In this document: in pieces, positions 23,933-36,500 of the stretch
Layout of the letters: the number at the start of each line of letters is the position of its first letter
Numbering within the stretch: the stretch's first letter is position 1
Source of the DNA: Ophelia neglecta
Taxonomy: Eukaryota
Length of the DNA stretch: 64,000 bases
Assembly (NCBI GenBank): GCA_965285935.1
Contig: OZ260667.1
Span: forward strand, 27,218,001 to 27,282,000
Reading direction: 5' to 3'
Notes under the pieces: generated by a model
Told to the model about the DNA's origin: nothing
Seen by the model: the letters and a program-made list of their open reading frames with translations, nothing else
The model's database searches: none
Program-made: the position numbers and the translations under genes

Positions 23933-26330
23933 AATGAATACATCAAACTCGCAGTTTGTCGCAAAATACTACATGTTTAGCCAGTATTATCAATATAAGA
24001 GTTGAATACGTTTGCTAATTTCCGTGTTTCGCCTGTTTACAAGGAAGTGTATACAGGGGTACATACCGATTGGCGGAAAACGCGGAATTTCGCGGAAATC
24101 GCGGAAATCGCGGAAATCCATTTTCTGACCCTAAAAAGGGTTTTCAAAGTGCAAAATAACTTTAACTTTCCTTTAAATATGTATCTGCTGCATAATAAAC
24201 TTGAATTTAACCTATCTGTCTTCTCGGCAAAATTATTCCGTGAAATATTATTTTTGGTAGTCTCCATTCAGACTTACCACTGGCCGCTTATGCAATGGAC
24301 AATATTGGCGTGTATTCTAGCGGTCTTTAGGCTGTATGTATGTGTGTAATTACTCCTCAGCTATTACGTTTGTAACTAATGTTTTCTTTGGCATATATAT
24401 CCCACATTTTAATTACTCTGTTTCTTCCGTTTTCACGCTGAATTACTATTTCCTTCCCTTATTAATAGGAAATTTAATTAATTTGCCGAAATTTCATTGA
24501 CAACTGCTGTCACTGTCAATTGTCTCTTAAAACCACGGTGACAGCAGCTGTCAATAGCCGGGTCAACTTTCTTTCACTGTGCTTATCATTAACCAGTTTA
24601 ACCAACTTTAATAAATAATTGTCACCTTCACCTTTAAGGCTTCGTTTACCAAATATTTCAAGACATGAACATCTGAAACTGATTTTCATACATTTTTCAC
24701 AAAGGTGCTTTTTATCAAATAGGTTTTCATAAGTTTTGTTTGCCAAATATTTCGTCGTGGTTTTCGTTATTAGAATATTTTTTTTCTCTTTGAGAATTGC
24801 GATGACAGATTTTTTTAAGGTGATTCCAAATTCAACATTATCAAGCATCTTGAATATTATTGTACCTTGCATTGGTCAGTGACTCAAATTAAAGCTGTTA
24901 AATTGTTTAATTACTAATCCTCGTGGACAATGATTGGTTTAAGGTGTTTGTTTCGACACTTTTGTCGGGTCCTAAATACTAACTGAGCAATTGAGTCCAA
25001 ATGTGTGAAAATCTTGTTTTTTTTGATGCACCATCTGGACACTGATCAAAGTATAAACAAAGAAGTAAAACTCTTTGTGCTATATAAATATTGACTTAGT
25101 TTTAAATGTTGTCCTGTTGTTTTTGTGTTGTGTAATCTGCTAGTAGGAGTACTTATACAATATAAAATCTGTAAATTGTTCTTTGCTGTAAAAGCCATCA
25201 CATACTTGCTATGATGAATTGCATCTCTTTTAAATGTGTCAATTATTGCACATCGAATTCAGTATAAACCACTACATATGAACTGGTGAATGGAAGCCCC
25301 CCTTCTTTAAATTTTTAACTCTTTTTAACTAACATTCTCTGCAAATATATATATACAGTGAAACCTGTGCTTGTGGAAATCATCTGGAGGATAAGACACA
25401 CACGAACAATAATAGAGAAATATTTAGAAATATTTATTTGACCAAGTAAACAACAAGAATACTAAATGAAATAAATCATATCATAATTAAGGTTATTGGG
25501 AAGAGATTTTTAGGTCGCTAGCATGAGAACCACCAACCGCGCCAGTCTAGATGACCGTTTGCATGGCCTTTTGCATAATGTATGGGGCCCTGGTCAGCTG
25601 TACAGGTTTAAGTGATGTTCCAGACTGCGAAAATGTCTGACAAGAAAGTATGTTTTTTAGCCGTTTTTGAAGTGATTATGGTAAAAAAAAATTACCAAAG
25701 TGTTCTTAAAGGTGAAATTACTTGATAAAAACAATTTGCGAGGTGGAAAACTATAATACATTGGCAACAAGGAACCTTAACTAGAGTAATAGATGTTTCC
25801 AAATTTCCGCAAATTGCGAGTTGACAGCCCGATTACAATACTTGTTGCTGTACATACAAGCATTACATAGCTTTTTTTAGAACAAAAACACTGGTTACAA
25901 TTATATATACACATATTTATTGACATGTAGCATTAAATTGGCCAAATGTGATCAGAAATGTGATATATAAGCATTTCCGCGATTTCCGCGAAATTCTGCG
26001 TTTTCCGCCAATCGGTACGTACCGAAGGGTATATATAGGTCAATGGCAGATGCGCAGCTAAGAGATTGGAATGACAAAATCAACTCGGAAAGGCTGCAAT
26101 TCTAATATTCATCGCCATATTGTATGCATCACGAAGAATTAATTATTTATTGCACACGATAAAAAAACCGAAAAAAAAAGACACCAATTTGCTGCTGAAC
26201 ACCGGAAACATTGAGTTCCACAAGGGAAGTGGTTCGTCTGAGCGTCACAATCACCATAGAAAACGCCGAATATTCTAGAAATATAAGCCATACGTTTAGT
26301 TGTTCAAGTTTCAAACAAAGCCAGTGAGTT
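23933..26330. promoter_or_regulatory. Divergent (bidirectional) ADAM17/SPAG1 promoter region interrupted by a TIR element
   Basis: The genes are head-to-head. CpG-containing segments with ETS-like GGAAGT/CCGGAA motifs lie at ~24020-24050 and ~26200-26232. TSS positions are inferred, not observed. Confidence 0.55.
24054..26028. mobile_element. ~2-kb non-autonomous TIR element (hAT-like)
   Basis: ~50-bp inverted termini GGTACATACCGATTGGCGGAAAACGCGGAATTTCGCGGAAATCGCGGAAAT and its near-perfect complement at 25973-26023. Left end CAGGGG; flanking GTATA (or degenerate 8-bp AGTGTATA/GGTATATA). No transposase recognised. Confidence 0.8.
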
Positions 26331-27567
26331 TTTTTTTATATTCATTGCTATCTTCATAGTCCTTGAAAATTCATTTCTTACAAAAACTGTTTGGGTTTTA
26401 AGACACATGCCAGAACTTGTGGAGAACATGTGGAATAGAACTGTCAAATGAATCTGACAACTGTCAGAACTGTCAACAGAGTCAGCATACTTGTATCTCA
26501 CTAGTATAACTTTTTAAACTTTTCATCATCCGACCATTGTTACCTTTGGATTCTACCCGATACAGCAGATACCACAGCAAAACAAATCCAGTTTTATGTC
26601 ACAATCAAGTTTATAGGCAATTTATAGGTGTACATGATCAGATGTCATTGATAACTTAAAAAAAGGTCAGTATTGAAAAAAAAATATTAGAGAGTGGTTA
26701 TAGGGGATTCAATTTGTTTCATAGCTATGGGTGAATTGGTATGGTGGTTAATCATTTAACATTTTTTTGTTTGACCATCACCAAAATCAGTTAAAAGATA
26801 AACATTGACAGGAGGCCCTTAAAACTGAACCAAGTTGCATTTAAAAGCAACCCACAATGAATCCTCCTGCTTGCTCAACTGCCCTAGTATATGCTGGTCA
26901 ACTGTGCCAGTGGCTATATCACTGAAATTCAAGGCATGGCGTTATTGTTATTAATATCCAAATCAAAGCCTAAGAAACATCTTTATGAAAGTGTTCTCAA
27001 GGGATGCAGCAGCGGGAATGTCTGCCTGTCATTGGGGACACTCTCCTTAGGGCAGATTGCATTCAAAGTACATGGTTCTACACCAGATAATAAAGATAAG
27101 ATGGATTTTTTGCAACACTGCGAAAACAAGACAAAAAAAGGAAGAATCTTTTTATACTATCTATTTTGTGAAAAATTCATGTCCTATAAGCTTCTGTTTT
27201 AGAGTACCTTACCGGAACCTTACAGTACTTATTATTAACATAATTTAACATAATATATGGGGGAAAGAAATAAGCATGGGCCTGTAGGCTAGGGACCTTT
27301 TGTTATAGCGGTGGGCCTATAAAAATTCTACCCTCCAGGCCTGTTCTTGTTTTGGCAGAACATTTTCAGGGCCTGTTGAAATTCAACAGGCCCTGCTGAT
27401 TTTAAAAGTAACTGGACCTGTGGGTCAGTAGAACTTTTTTTTCTTTGCCTGATATATGTATAAAAACATTAAAAGGCCAGAAGTGTGATCTTGACTTATT
27501 GTGCTGAAAGCTATAAAACCCATTATTATGCTTCTTTTCCAGTATTGTGTGAAGAGTTTATTAGAAG

Positions 27568-30500
27568 ATGGACACATATAAGCATGAGAGAACTAAGTTT
27601 GACATCCCACTCTCCCACCTGGAGTATGAATATATAGAAAAGTGTAAGGATGTCAAGGAGCTGGAAAAGATTGTCAAAGTCCTAAGGCAAGTGCAGCTTA
27701 CAACTTAAATACTTATTGCTAAGAAAAAAAAGAGTTGATGTGCTGGAACCAAGTTTAAATGTCATTATTTCCATTTGCAAATTATTATTTATTGCTTACA
27801 TTATGGGGCTGGATGTGTTTAATAATATAAATGAAGTAATTTTTGGTTAAATAATAGTTTTTATGGTACATGTAGATATTAGATTTTCATCACGATACGA
27901 TTTGCCCCTTATGACTGATGTCTTTGCTATCAATTAAAACCTCTTTTATTCTATTTTGTTTCAAAGCAAATTAATGAATTAATATAGGTAACGTTAATTG
28001 ATAGTGGCATACAGTAAAGGCTGCTCCCTCCAGGGAAAGTGTTTATACTAAGCCTGAAGGAGAAATATTCCCAGACCATTTTTTTAGTTTTATTTCCCAT
28101 CAGCCACGAGACTCCCTACAATTGCCATTGCATTAAGTAACTCAACTGATGGTGGGACCTATTACCCTGGGTCAGGCCGCATTTGGAGATCTTCGCCAAC
28201 AATGGGCTTCTTTTTTGCAAGAGTTAGAGGTAACGATCCAGCACAGCTGTCAGAAGGGGAGAGATAATGTGTTAAAAGAGAAGGTATTTTAGTTGGCCCA
28301 GGGTGGGTTTTGGGGACTTGGACAATTGACCTAGTGCCCAAATTGTCCTTGATATAAAAAATGACTGTAAAGATGTTCCTCATTACCTGGTACAATACAC
28401 ATCAAGTGTGTTTATAACTGTTAGTAACTCAGTCATGACTTTTCCATCTATTTTTCAAGGTAACATTGAGAATGCCCCCAAATGAGCGAATCATGTTGTG
28501 TGTTGACCCTGGTAGGATGTAATGTAGAATACCATTAATGGGGATAAACATATACAGTTCTGTACACTACCCTATACAGTGGAGCCCCTGGCGAAAGACC
28601 ACCCAAAATTAGCCAAAACAGCTTTTTTTGCTTAATGGTCTGCTATATCTGCCATGTATTGCAACCCCTGATGAGAGACCACCCCTCTTATAAGACCACT
28701 TATTTGGTTGTCTCTCATAAGGGGTTCCACTGTATGTCATGAAAACTATGCACTGCTCAGAGTGTAACCAATCAGTAGTAATTTGCAAGTACTTAAGTAA
28801 ATACAGCACTAATGAGGTTCAATGTTGCAAATCAGTAGTAATGTACAGCTACTTTCTTAGGAATACAGTACTACTGAGGTATGATTGCCTCAAACTACTA
28901 ATTAGGATGTTACACAATGTACTGTGTGTGTAATACCACAATATTATCATAGAAGTAGATAGGGCTTGAATGGTCAAAGGATTGTAAGATCTTTGAGTAC
29001 AGTGTCAGTACACAGTGATGAAAATTATCATTTACTAGTTGCCAATGGCTAATAAGTTTTCAGTTGGGTCAATATTGTCAGATTACCAGTTGACTGACTA
29101 ACAGCTGATTCCAATGCTCTACAACTCTTATATATATTGTTTTTTATTTTTAAAACAATCACCAATACCTGTCCTATTGGCTAACCTGAGGAGCATTTTT
29201 TTTTTCAATTTAGCATATGTTTACTTGACAGCCAGCAAAGCAAAGAAAAAACTCCACTCTGTTATGGATTTATTTTTGCACTTAGTCAACATTTGGAGGA
29301 CCAACATGTCATTTCAAGCTCTAGCAAGCTTCTCCAGTGTATCATTGTATATTTAGTACATTGACTGCTTATTGGTCTAGAACTTTGTGCAAGAGTTAAT
29401 AACAGTCATGGATAAGTCCTCCCCCCCTGCCATTGTGGAAGAATTAAGTCTAAAACTGTCAATGTGATTGACTTGAAAGCTACAGGAAATACAACCATTG
29501 AAGCAGTGTGAGGGATTTTTAATGATTTTTTTTTCCGAGAAAAAGTGACTATTTTGCATACAAAAAGATTCTTATTGACATGAAGCACATAGAAAAGGAA
29601 AGACAATTGGTATGGTTTTACAGCGCAATTTATAATGAAATGCCAGGGTCACTTTATCTCCCATAAAGGACTAGTCATATCTCCTGAAGGAGACTGCAGG
29701 GGTCAACACTTGCTTGACGTCCCGGGGCACCTCAAATCTGCTTGCGGGCACAAAGGTTTTAGTTACTTGCCAGGCAACCTGCTTAAATTCCCAAAATTGC
29801 TGATTGTTGGATATCTTGTTACTTGTATATTTTATATGTACAAATATTTTTAAAACAGTAAGCCTATGGTGCGTGCAACTAGTGTCCTGGTGCTACTTGC
29901 CCTCAGGGCAAGTGCTAAGAAAAGATAGTGTGGACCCCTGGACTGGTCACTATATCCCATAGCAGACTGATCATAGTCTCCTGTAGGAATTATCTGTTTT
30001 TCGTTGTTGGTTTTTTGCCTGTCTTTTCCACACTTAACTGCTTGTATACCTGGACCCTAAGCCATGCTTTAGCTAGACCTTCCAGACCTGAACTCATCAA
30101 CTCCAATTATATCCAGAACATGTGCTTTAGGATTACCCATATCATGTCAGAATCCTTTGCAAGACATATTAGACAATTGCCCCCCCCCCTCCCCCCCCAC
30201 CATCTATATCAGGACAGACACTGCCAATTATTGATTTCTGTGGTGAGAGTGTGGCCCCACCTATCAGTCTGTGGTAGGTTTATATCTTTAATGATGCCTT
30301 CAGTCAGCCATCCTCAGTCAGGGCATCCCTGTACATGATAGCTTCACAGTACAGACATCTATCAGTAGCCGGCATGTGTAAATGTCTTTGATATAATTGG
30401 ATTAGTATGGATATTTAACTGTTACATGTGTTTCAAAGCCATGATGATTCATGCAGTGGAGCTTGTGTGTGCCACTGACTATGGTTTACATCCCCTTCGC

Positions 30501-33500
30501 TGTGAAATCCATGTTTAGACTGCCTGCCTTGTATGTTAATGACATCAGACTCGTTAGTGGGTATTCAGAGGCAGACAGCAGTTGGTATTTTTATGGAAAA
30601 ATCATTATTCACTGGCTAAAACCACACCAATTTCAACCACAATCTGTTAATCACAAGTTGTTAAATTGTGGCTGCTACAGCATCTGATTCTAGATGTGGC
30701 CTGGTACTAGTGATGTAAAAATGGTTGAGATCAACTATACTTAGTATCATCCATGGATTCAATGTGCATGGCATAGGACAAACAAAACCACTGAAATCAA
30801 AACTACCCAGTCAGATATACACTAGCTGGTATATTCAGTGTGCAACAGTGTTGACAATGTACAGTTTGTTATACAGTGAATTATACACATTTTTGTATGT
30901 ACAGGGGATGCTGGGAGTGGTGTTCCTGGTGGTGAAGTTAGTACGACATGTGTTTGTACATTACAGGGCCGGCCATGAGGGACGATTCCCGGACCTTGAA
31001 AGGAAGGCAGAGGAAAAGCTGGCCGAACTCAGTCCTAACAGGTACAGTCTTAAAAAACATTGGACATAACAGTGATTGCCTTTAAAAAGAATTATTGCTT
31101 GAAATATCATGGATACTTAACAGTTTTTTTCAAATTTCAATACTGTTGTTTTGTTTTAAATAATCTGATAATGAAAATGACAGCTTTGAATGATTAATAT
31201 GTGTGTGTGTGCACGCTCCTGCATGCGTGCGGGGGTTTCCTCCTGCATAGACACCTAAAGATATACATTTTCTCTGTATTTAGTAACCAGAGGAAGTATA
31301 AATCCAATTTAAACATGGAATAAGGAGTAGTGCAATGTTTTTTATCCACCTTTTGCCTTAATGTATCTGAAACATTCTTTTAATTAGCCGGGTTTTGAGG
31401 AAGGAGGAGCCACTTTCCACCATGTTTGATCTAGACAAGGATGAGCGACAACAAGTAGCCGAGGACTTAGATGTAAGTTCACATAATAAAATAATAATAA
31501 TAGTATTGAGAGGGAATGAAATAATAACCACTGATTTTTTTCTTACCCAAGCCTGGAATTTTAGAACAATTTATATAGCTGTATTAAGTATGCCTTAAGT
31601 ATTACCTCAAGCTAATATCCCTATCCTGGTAATAACATCAGATACAGATTATCTAAGAATGCCTTGTTTTCCGTATGAGGCCTGACCCGAGCCTTAATTC
31701 CCATGACATGGTGGCCTGTAGGCTGTTAAAGAGCCAAGTTACAAATGCAATTGAATTTATGATTAATTTTGTTGTAATGTAAATAGATCTAGTAAACTGT
31801 GTTTTAAATGACGGGAAAAAAATGGGTGTCCGTAAAATAGGCTCAGTCTCTTTTAAAGATTTTTGTGTAGGTACACTGGGTCATGCCCACCACTCTCCTT
31901 AATCAAATGGTTAGTTTCAAAGGCTGCTTTAGGCCCACGGATCTCCATTTCCAGATATATAAAGCCCAAACTAAGTTGCTAACCTTGAAAATCTGCCAAT
32001 ACTCAAACAAAAAGAAGAGCAAGTCATTCACATATTAATTAATAATTTTTATGTATGTTAAGGTAAAGATATGATGCATTTTAAAAAGTGAACCTGAAAT
32101 TCACTGCTGGTCATTTCACCAACACTTTAAGCTATATGTTCGCTAGGTCTTCCGGAGGACTTAAACTACTTTTTTTCCTATCATTAGTAGTACTTACAAT
32201 TGTTGTACTTGTTAGGAGTGGATGACGAGTATGAAGCACAGCGAGGAGAGCCTGCGGCCGGGAGGGGACGGAGAGTTTGATGACCCCTCTCTACCTCCAG
32301 TCAGAGGAACATCGGCGTCTATCCCTGTCAGCATGGTAAGAAACACTACTCAAGTCTCCACTTACTCAGGACTATTCTATAGTTCAAAACTATATCAGCA
32401 TTTTATTATCAACAAATACAAGTGAGGAACAGCTAGTGCTAATTAATGCAGAACTGTGATGTGAAGTGACAGCCACTGTCGGTCCTGTGTGTTCCAGGCA
32501 TGTTTTTATCCTCCTTTGTTTTTCCCCAGAAATCAGAAAATAAAGAAAATCATCCCAAGAGAGTTAAACCCAGAGACTACAGGGAGTGGGATAAGTAGGT
32601 TATCTCAGCAAGTTTGCCAAACTTTTCCTTAATTTTTAACTTCACAGATTAATTTCCTGGTTTCAAATATATACAATAATTTCATTTATATCGAAGGTGA
32701 TCATCTGAAAGCAATTTGAAAAAGGCTTCTCTCAATGTTGGTATTGTCCAATGCAGAATGCTAAAACTTCTAATTTATCTTGCCACATCTTATGTGTTTA
32801 TTTCTTATGATTTTCTTTTGTGTTAATAAGATTATGTATTTTTCTCCAGAGTTGATGTGGAAGCTGAGCTGGCCAAAGTAGATGGTGCAGAGGCAAAAAA
32901 GAAGGAAACAAAAAATGTGCTCAAAAATCCCAATGCCCCCTCCATTCCAGAGAAAGTGGATTCACTAGGTTAGCCAAAACCCTTATATTGCCATGTATTT
33001 TCTTTGTATGCTGTTCTAAATAGATTTCAAATAACTATCTCTGGTTTGATTTCTTTTTTCTGTAAGGTTTATGTGTTTAGCTCTGCACCTGGGAAGCTTA
33101 TTGTGTTTATGACTCTCTCTGTGTCTGCCTTCCGTTACCTCCTACCAGACCATTACCTCCAGATAGAACCATTCTTGTTGGTGCTGCCTGCTGCTACTGA
33201 CTAATCTATCAGTTGAAAATAATCTAATTGTCATAATCTGACTCTGAGCCCCTTGAAGTGGACCCTCCTGTCTATGGTTTGCCTAAGATTATGATCTACA
33301 ACCGGTTCTTCAAAGACAGTGTGAAAAACAGTGAAGTGGGCAGGGTCACTGAGAATGGTTCTATACATCTATTGTCCACCTCATTTCGTGTCTGCCTCTC
33401 CAGGTCTGAGTGAGGAGGAGAGGTGTGTGAAGGCGGAGAGGGAGAAGGACAAGGGCAATGAGGCCTTCCGCTCAGGGGACTACGAGGAAGCTCTTCTCTA

Positions 33501-36500
33501 CTACACCCGCAGCATCAACCTCATTCCAACAGTGGCAGCACAGAACAACAGAGCTCAAACTTGTAAGTACTCCACCTACAGGTGAATTCCCAGTGTCAAA
33601 GATACCTTAAACTAGTAGCATGTGCATATGATAGTTGATTTTTCCAAAAATTCCTGGTCAACCACTTGTTCTGCCGTCACTTCGATTAAGCCACATTAAT
33701 TGACCTTCTCAGCTTGAAATGTTCATACTGAAAAACTTGTCAACTTTTCAAACTTATCTAGATTTTAACATCTAGCATAAGAGACTGCTATTAATAAAGT
33801 GAATAATACTGTATGTCACAGTGGAACTAGGCTAAGAATGTCACTATTTTGTGATTATTCTGAGTGGATCAGTTTAGTTATAGAAGCATATAACTTGAGC
33901 CCTTCCTTTTGTGAAGTGCATTGTTTTATAAGGCAGTGTCAAGTCATGGACTATTTCTCTCTTTTCAGATTTAAAACTTAAAAAATGGGACAGTGCATTA
34001 TCTGACTGTAATACAGTGTTAAAACAGGATCCAAAGAACCTAAAAGGTGAGAAAATGCAATGAAATACAAATACAATTGTACTACAGTGAAACCTGACAA
34101 TTAGGGACAGCCAAGCGACTGGGAAATCTATCCTCTTTACTCAGTTGTCCTTATTTCACAGGTTACTTTACATGTTAAGTATTAAAACTGTACTTAAAAC
34201 AATGTCCTTAATAGTCAGTGTGTCCCTAATTGTCAGGTGTCCTTTAGGCCAGGTTTTACTGTATATTGTAAATGGCCAACAAGGTAATATAATAAGTCGT
34301 CATTTATCCAATTCTTTCGTCCTTTTTGTTGTGTTCACTAATCATGTTATTTGTATAGTGAATTTGAATGGAGTGTACTTCTCTATGTATTAAAATTAAA
34401 AAAAACATGAGCTAGCCATTACCAATATGTGATAGGATACAAGGCTGTTCTCCAACCAAACTTTAGAAATCTGATGGACTGTTAACTCAATAGCTATACT
34501 CAGTACAAGTATCTTGAAGGTCACTGTTAGCTATTGAGTTATCATAAAGTCTACTGGAGGGTATTTGTTTGTTTAAAGTCAGCTAGAAAAAGGGGCTGTC
34601 TGTCAAATCTGTTAAACTTAGTTTTTATTGCCGATTGTCAGTGCTTTTTTCAGAGTTTGTTATGATAAAAAAATGTTTTGTCACAATGTTAGGGATGAAA
34701 AGTTGTAACGTCGTCCTTGGTTTTAGCGCTATAATTGAATTTATTGCTCAATTTGGACTAAAACTTTCAAGTCCAATGACAGGATTTTTTATTGTTGCAA
34801 GCAAGAAGTTATGAGGTTATCTTCTAGATTTGTATACATACTGAAAAGACTATTATGTTTCCAAAATATGAATGGTTAATGCAAAAGGGAAGGATAAGTA
34901 AAGTATCTAGTTTTTTTCTTGCAACTAAGAAGATTAAATTTTCTACCCAAAATGATTCTTATTCCAACAACTTGTGACCAAGGCAGCTGCCGTCTTTTCC
35001 CATCAGAACTAAAAACCCCAGGGCACAGAATATTATTAATATGTCTGCTATAGCAATGGGCTTTCTATTTCTTTGAAGTCTGCTGCCACAATGGGCTGTC
35101 TCTTTATTTTGCTATAACAAAGGGCTTTCTATTTCCAGCTATTTTAAGGCGAGGAGTGTCCTACCAGGGTATGCGAGAGTACATCAAGGCAGCCCAGGAT
35201 ATCAAATACGTCCTTGACATTGATCCAAACAATAAACGAGCCCAAGAAATTCTCAAGGATATCGAAACAGGGCTTGCAGAACAAAAAGTCAAAGGCCGCA
35301 GAATTGTAATTGAGGAATCCGAGTCAGAGTCTGATTCTGACAATTTAGACAATGTGCAGCTTGCTGATGAAGGAAGTTCTAAGCCTGTCCCGAATGGTAA
35401 TAGGATTCACGACAACGAGGAGGATTTGCAACGGAAAGTGCGAGAGTTGACTAAAGGTAGCGGGAAAGACTCTGACCCTAAAATAGTACTATTAGATGAC
35501 GACACGGACACTGATACTGGTGCTGAAACAACTGCTGATGGCCAAAAGTCTGAGAGTGTGATGGAATTATCGCAACCATCTAACAGCAAATCTGTGATAT
35601 CTGATCAACAGGATAGTGTTTCTAAACCTGAATTAATTCAAAGTGGACTTACAACAGCTGAACCTACTGTATCTAAAGAGAATACCAAAACAGTAGAGCC
35701 TGAACCAGTTCATCCAGCAAAGTCACAGCCAGAAGAGCCCACGCTCCCCCCAGTGCAGGCTTTGCCACTGCCCTCTGATGTTACCACAATGAAGGACTCT
35801 GGAACAGAACTGTTCCGTAATGGACAGTATGCTGAGGCTATTACCATGTATACCAAGGCCATTGATAAACTACCTGGTAAGTAAGGACATTAGGTTTATA
35901 TACATCTAAACCTGAGTAACCCGAATCCTCTGTTAGGTGATAAGTCCCCCTGATCTGGACAAAATACAAATTGCCATTGTGTGGTAAATTTGGGACTACA
36001 TGTATATTAATTGTTTTTTCTAAATATGTTGCCTTTTATGTGGTATAAGAATGTCTAAAAATGGTGTTCTATTATCATGATTATGAACACCTTGTTCCTC
36101 TGATGTAATTTGATGTACACTGGATGCCTCTGTCAGATGTGATAGTATGTGTGTCTGTTTCCAGGCTTGCCGGGGCATTTTGCCAACCAGGCTGTGCTGT
36201 ACAGTAATCGTGCTGCTTGCCACAGTAAGACCGGAAACTGTGAAGCTTGTATCAAGGACTGTAACCAAGCCCTCGAGCTGTCTCCCACTGCCATCAAGCC
36301 CAGGATGAGACGGGCCCAGGCCTACGAAACCATGGAAAAGTTAGTGCCTCACGCTACATGAGCTCTATCTATAGGAATTTTGTAAATTGTTTATGTCTTG
36401 GTCATTGTCTATAATCTAAGTGTGCTATTTGAATTTAATATCAGTGATAGATATATCTGAAACCATCTTATTAATTTTACTATCCCAAAACTTATCACAA

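Larger units (their letters stand above)
27687..30966 (+). other. GC-AG intron of SPAG1
   Basis: The AAG|GCAAGT donor is the only site giving the phase-2 join VLR|AGHEG needed for the next exon. Confidence 0.85.

Noticed and set aside
24516-24872. 118-aa ORF inside the promoter element as a transposase
   Set aside because: No DDE, BED-finger or hAT dimerisation motifs; composition reflects AT-rich DNA.
26023-26120. Alternative ADAM17 first coding exon ending TTCG|gtacgt
   Set aside because: No in-frame ATG, and the donor lies in the transposon terminus; the true signal-peptide exon is 23863-23932.
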